Positions 24,011 through 32,000 of a stretch of DNA of 32,000 nucleotides are shown piece by piece. Location of the stretch: NCBI RefSeq assembly GCF_000021865.1, contig NC_014034.1, forward strand, positions 300,001-332,000, in the 5' to 3' direction. Under the pieces are notes generated by a model, which ran no database searches, was not told the DNA's origin, and saw nothing but the letters and a program-made list of their open reading frames with translations. Both the position numbers and the translations under genes were made by a program. The stretch comes from Rhodobacter capsulatus SB 1003. GTDB lineage: Bacteria > Pseudomonadota > Alphaproteobacteria > Rhodobacterales > Rhodobacteraceae. Every line of letters starts with the position of its first letter. The stretch's first letter is position 1.

Positions 24011-24091
24011 GGGGATGCGTGGGAGGCGGGCGACCGCCTGACCACTAAACTTCGCCCCATGGTGGGGCGGCAGTGAAAAGGAGAGGGCCAC

Positions 24092-24544
24092 ATGGCCAAG
24101 AAAGTCATCGGGCAGCTGAAGCTGCAAGTGAAGGCGGGGAAAGCCACTCCCTCCCCGCCGATCGGTCCGGCGCTGGGTCAGCGCGGGATCAACATCATGG
24201 AATTCTGCAAGGCGTTCAACGCCCGCACGCAGGAACTGGAGCCGGAATCGCCGGTTCCGTGCATCATCACCTATTACGCCGACAAGAGCTTCACCTTTGA
24301 AACGAAGACCGCTCCGGCTTCGTTCATGCTGAAGAAAGCGGCCGGCCTGAAGCCGGTGGGCAAGCGCAACCGTCCGAAAGGGTCGGTCAAGCCGGGCCAT
24401 GTCGTCGCGGGCACCGTGACCGCCGCGCAGGTGAAGGCGATTGCCGAAGCCAAGATGAAAGACCTGAACGCCAACGACATTCAGGGCGCCATCAACATCA
24501 TCCTCGGCTCGGCGAAGTCCGTCGGCATCGACGTGAAGGGGTAA
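24092..24544 (+). CDS. rplK: 50S ribosomal protein L11
   Basis: [44 protein letters not shown]... Confidence 0.97.
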   Translation: MAKKVIGQLKLQVKAGKATPSPPIGPALGQRGINIMEFCKAFNARTQELEPESPVPCIITYYADKSFTFETKTAPASFMLKKAAGLKPVGKRNRPKGSVKPGHVVAGTVTAAQVKAIAEAKMKDLNANDIQGAINIILGSAKSVGIDVKG

Positions 24545-24547
24545 GCC

Positions 24548-25246
24548 ATGGCCAAGATCGGTAAACGTTCGGCCGCTGCGCGGACCGCTTTCGAAGGCAA
24601 GGCCAACCTTTCGGTTGAAGAGGCCGTCAAGCTGATCAAGTCGGCGGCTTCGGCCAAGTTCGACGAAACGCTTGAAATCGCGATGAACCTGGGCGTCGAC
24701 CCGCGTCACGCCGACCAGATGGTCCGCGGCGTGGTGCAGCTGCCGCACGGCACGGGCAAGACCGTCCGCGTCGCCGTTTTCGCGCGCGGCGCCAAGGCTG
24801 ACGAGGCGAAAGCCGCCGGGGCCGACATCGTCGGTGCGGAAGACCTGATGGAAACCATCCAGCAGGGCAAGATCGATTTCGATCGCTGCATCGCCACCCC
24901 GGACATGATGCCGCTCGTCGGCCGTCTGGGGAAAATCCTCGGGCCGCGCAACCTGATGCCGAACCCGAAAGTCGGCACCGTGACGATGGACGTGAAAACG
25001 GCGATCGAAGCGGCCAAGGGCGGCGAAGTGCAGTTCAAGGTCGAAAAGGCCGGCGTGATCCACGGCGGCATCGGCAAGGTCTCGTTCGCCGAGGACAAGC
25101 TGGCGGACAACGTCCGTGCCTTTGTCGACGCGGTGTCGAAAGCCAAACCGGCGGGCGCCAAGGGCACCTATCTGAAAAAGGTGTCGCTGTCCTCGACCAT
25201 GGGTCCGGGCGTGACGGTCGATCTGACCTCGGCCGCGGCCCGCTGA
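24548..25246 (+). CDS. rplA: 50S ribosomal protein L1
   Basis: MAKIGKR...[33 protein letters not shown]...[11 protein letters not shown]. It starts 3 nt after the rplK stop. Confidence 0.97.
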   Translation: MAKIGKRSAAARTAFEGKANLSVEEAVKLIKSAASAKFDETLEIAMNLGVDPRHADQMVRGVVQLPHGTGKTVRVAVFARGAKADEAKAAGADIVGAEDLMETIQQGKIDFDRCIATPDMMPLVGRLGKILGPRNLMPNPKVGTVTMDVKTAIEAAKGGEVQFKVEKAGVIHGGIGKVSFAEDKLADNVRAFVDAVSKAKPAGAKGTYLKKVSLSSTMGPGVTVDLTSAAAR

Positions 25247-25468
25247 GAATTTGCCGGGAAACCGGCGAATGACGGGGCTTGCAAAAGCCCCGTCCTGTCC
25301 GAGACGGAGGGTGGGGGTCTCCCCCGTAAGTCCTTCCCGAGATGGGGAACGAGAATTTCCGGGGCTGCTGCCTCGGGCGATCTCTCGGGAACCGATCGGA
25401 CCCGACCTGCGGGCATGCGCCCGTAGGAAACAGAGCCGGGGGGAAACCCCCACACTTGGAGTGTAACC
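25247..25468 (+). promoter_or_regulatory. structured rplA-rplJ spacer, likely the rplJ (L10) leader/autoregulatory region
   Basis: The 222-nt spacer has several GC hairpins, for example GACGGGGC-ttgcaaaa-GCCCCGTC near its 5' end, GGGGG-tct-CCCCC in the middle and GGGGG-aaa-CCCCC just upstream of rplJ. In other bacteria the rplJ leader is the L10-(L12)n feedback target. Homology is not verified here. Confidence 0.4.
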
Positions 25469-25984
25469 GTGGATAGAGCCCAAAAAGAGAAAGTGGTCGA
25501 GGAACTCGGCCAGATCTTCGAAAGCTCTGGCGTCGTGGTGGTTGCCCGCTACGAAGGCATGACGGTTGCTCAGATGCAGGACCTGCGCGCGAAAATGCGT
25601 GACGTGGGTGGGTCCGTGCGCGTTGCCAAGAACACGCTCGCCAAGATCGCCCTGGAAGGCAAGCCCTGCGAAAGCATGGCCAAACTTCTGACGGGGATGA
25701 CCGTTCTTGCCTATTCCGAGGACCCGGTGGCTGCGGCCAAGGTCGCGGAAGCCTATGCCAAGACGAACGACAAGTTCGACATTCTTGGCGGGGCCATGGG
25801 CAAGGACGCTCTGGACAAGGCCGGTGTCAAAGCCGTCGCCGCCATGCCGTCGCGCGAAGAGCTCATCGCTCAGATCGCGTCGTGCATCGGGGCGCCTGCT
25901 TCGAACATCGCCGGTGCCATTGGCGCGCCTGCTTCGAACATCGCGGGCATCCTCAAGACTCTTGAGGAGCGGGAAGCCGCCTGA
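25469..25984 (+). CDS. rplJ: 50S ribosomal protein L10
   Basis: GTG start. [59 protein letters not shown]. The C-terminal L12-binding helix region contains a tandem 11-aa duplication. Confidence 0.95.
   Translation: MDRAQKEKVVEELGQIFESSGVVVVARYEGMTVAQMQDLRAKMRDVGGSVRVAKNTLAKIALEGKPCESMAKLLTGMTVLAYSEDPVAAAKVAEAYAKTNDKFDILGGAMGKDALDKAGVKAVAAMPSREELIAQIASCIGAPASNIAGAIGAPASNIAGILKTLEEREAA
25889..25954 (+). repeat. tandem 33-nt duplication inside rplJ ([11 protein letters not shown] / [11 protein letters not shown])
   Basis: 25889-25921 and 25922-25954 share an identical 20-nt core, GCGCCTGCTTCGAACATCGC. Confidence 0.85.
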
Positions 25985-26052
25985 CGCAACATCTTGCCTT
26001 CGTCGGGAGACCTCGACGTCGGATCAACCCTATATCAGAATGGAACGGAAAA

Positions 26053-26427
26053 ATGGCCGATCTTAAAGCCCTTGCCGAGCAAATCGTCAACCTGACGCTG
26101 CTGCAGGCCCAAGAACTGAAAACCATCCTCAAGGACGAGTATGGCATCGAACCGGCCGCCGGTGGCGCCGTCGTCATGGCTGGCCCGGCTGCTGGCCCGG
26201 CTGAAGCCGCGGAAGAAAAAACCGAGTTCGACGTCGTCCTCGTCGACGCCGGTGCGAACAAGATCAACGTGATCAAAGAAGTCCGCGCCATCACCGGCCT
26301 GGGCCTGAAAGAAGCCAAAGACCTCGTCGAGGCCGGCGGCAAAGTCAAAGAAGCTGCGGCGAAAGCCGAAGCCGAAGACATCAAGAAAAAGCTCGAAGCG
26401 GCTGGCGCCAAGGTCGAGCTCAAGTAA
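26053..26427 (+). CDS. rplL: 50S ribosomal protein L7/L12
   Basis: [36 protein letters not shown]..., then an Ala/Pro hinge, then ...[25 protein letters not shown]...[18 protein letters not shown]. Confidence 0.97.
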   Translation: MADLKALAEQIVNLTLLQAQELKTILKDEYGIEPAAGGAVVMAGPAAGPAEAAEEKTEFDVVLVDAGANKINVIKEVRAITGLGLKEAKDLVEAGGKVKEAAAKAEAEDIKKKLEAAGAKVELK

Positions 26428-26465
26428 TCGGGCAGGGTGCTGTTGCATCCGACCAGATGACTTCA

Positions 26466-26496
26466 GGCTGGGTTCGGGGTTTCCCCGAGCCCAGCC
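26466..26496 (+). promoter_or_regulatory. strong hairpin in the rplL-rpoB spacer (attenuator/processing-site candidate)
   Basis: GGCTGGGTTCGGGG-ttt-CCCCGAGCCCAGCC is a 14-bp stem with one G-U pair. There is no U-tract after it. It lies 38 nt downstream of the rplL stop, and further stems occur later in the spacer (GCCTTCC/GGAAGGC, then GTGCATCG/CGATGCAC). Confidence 0.4.
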
Positions 26497-26664
26497 ATGC
26501 CCGTCTCGGCAAGGGGTTTTGCGAAACCCTTTCCCAAGGCAGGGTCGGTTCGGGAGCCTTCCGGTGGGACGGAAGGCAGGTATGGAACCGCCTCCCATTC
26601 GCAAGCGGCGTGCATCGGGCCCCGACGATGCACACCCGCGAAGAGACGAAAGGTCACGACGAGC

Positions 26665-30804
<4,140 letters not shown>

Positions 30805-30833
30805 GCGCGAAAGCGCTCACCACCCCCCTCTGA

Positions 30834-32000
<1,167 letters not shown>

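Overview
This is a GC-rich window of core chromosome with a gene order typical of Alphaproteobacteria. The protein sequences look Rhodobacterales-like, but I cannot verify that without a search. I call 31 protein genes (the first and last cut by the window edges) and one tRNA.

Layout:
- 1-647: the 3' part of an OmpR-family (CenR-like) response regulator.
- 791-12883: ten co-directional minus-strand housekeeping genes, in transcription order rsmB-like, heparinase II/III-like, purH, lspA, DUF3035 lipoprotein, two M16 peptidases, mutL, rmuC, DUF3775. Two junctions (M16/M16 and mutL/rmuC) are ATGA stop/start overlaps.
- 12962-22631: a rearranged rbfA-truB-rpsO-pnp neighbourhood. A DUF1674 gene and dapB lie to its left. 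A DUF2233 glycosidase-like gene, a DUF1643 gene, an RTX calcium-binding-repeat gene, an aldehyde dehydrogenase and a DUF1127 mini-protein are interposed. pnp lies on the opposite strand from rpsO.
- 22907-32000: the canonical tRNA-Trp, secE, nusG, rplK, rplA, rplJ, rplL, rpoB, rpoC(5' part) cluster.

I found no CRISPR array, transposase, integrase, toxin-antitoxin pair or recognisable defence island, and I cannot point to a convincing new multi-gene system.

The most unusual signals are non-coding:
1. A REP-like repeat unit (approx. CCCCCGAGGATATTTGCGGCAAGATGAAAG) sits in three separate convergent-gene spacers. In one of them it forms a 24-bp-arm inverted pair.
2. A 42-bp near-perfect palindrome with an AT-rich core lies in the aldehyde dehydrogenase/DUF1127 divergent region.
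3. rpsO and pnp are physically uncoupled and in opposite orientations.
4. A DUF1643 gene is translationally coupled to truB.

Several very long ORFs in the track (1124, 1426 and 1500 aa) are antisense artefacts of high GC content and are rejected.
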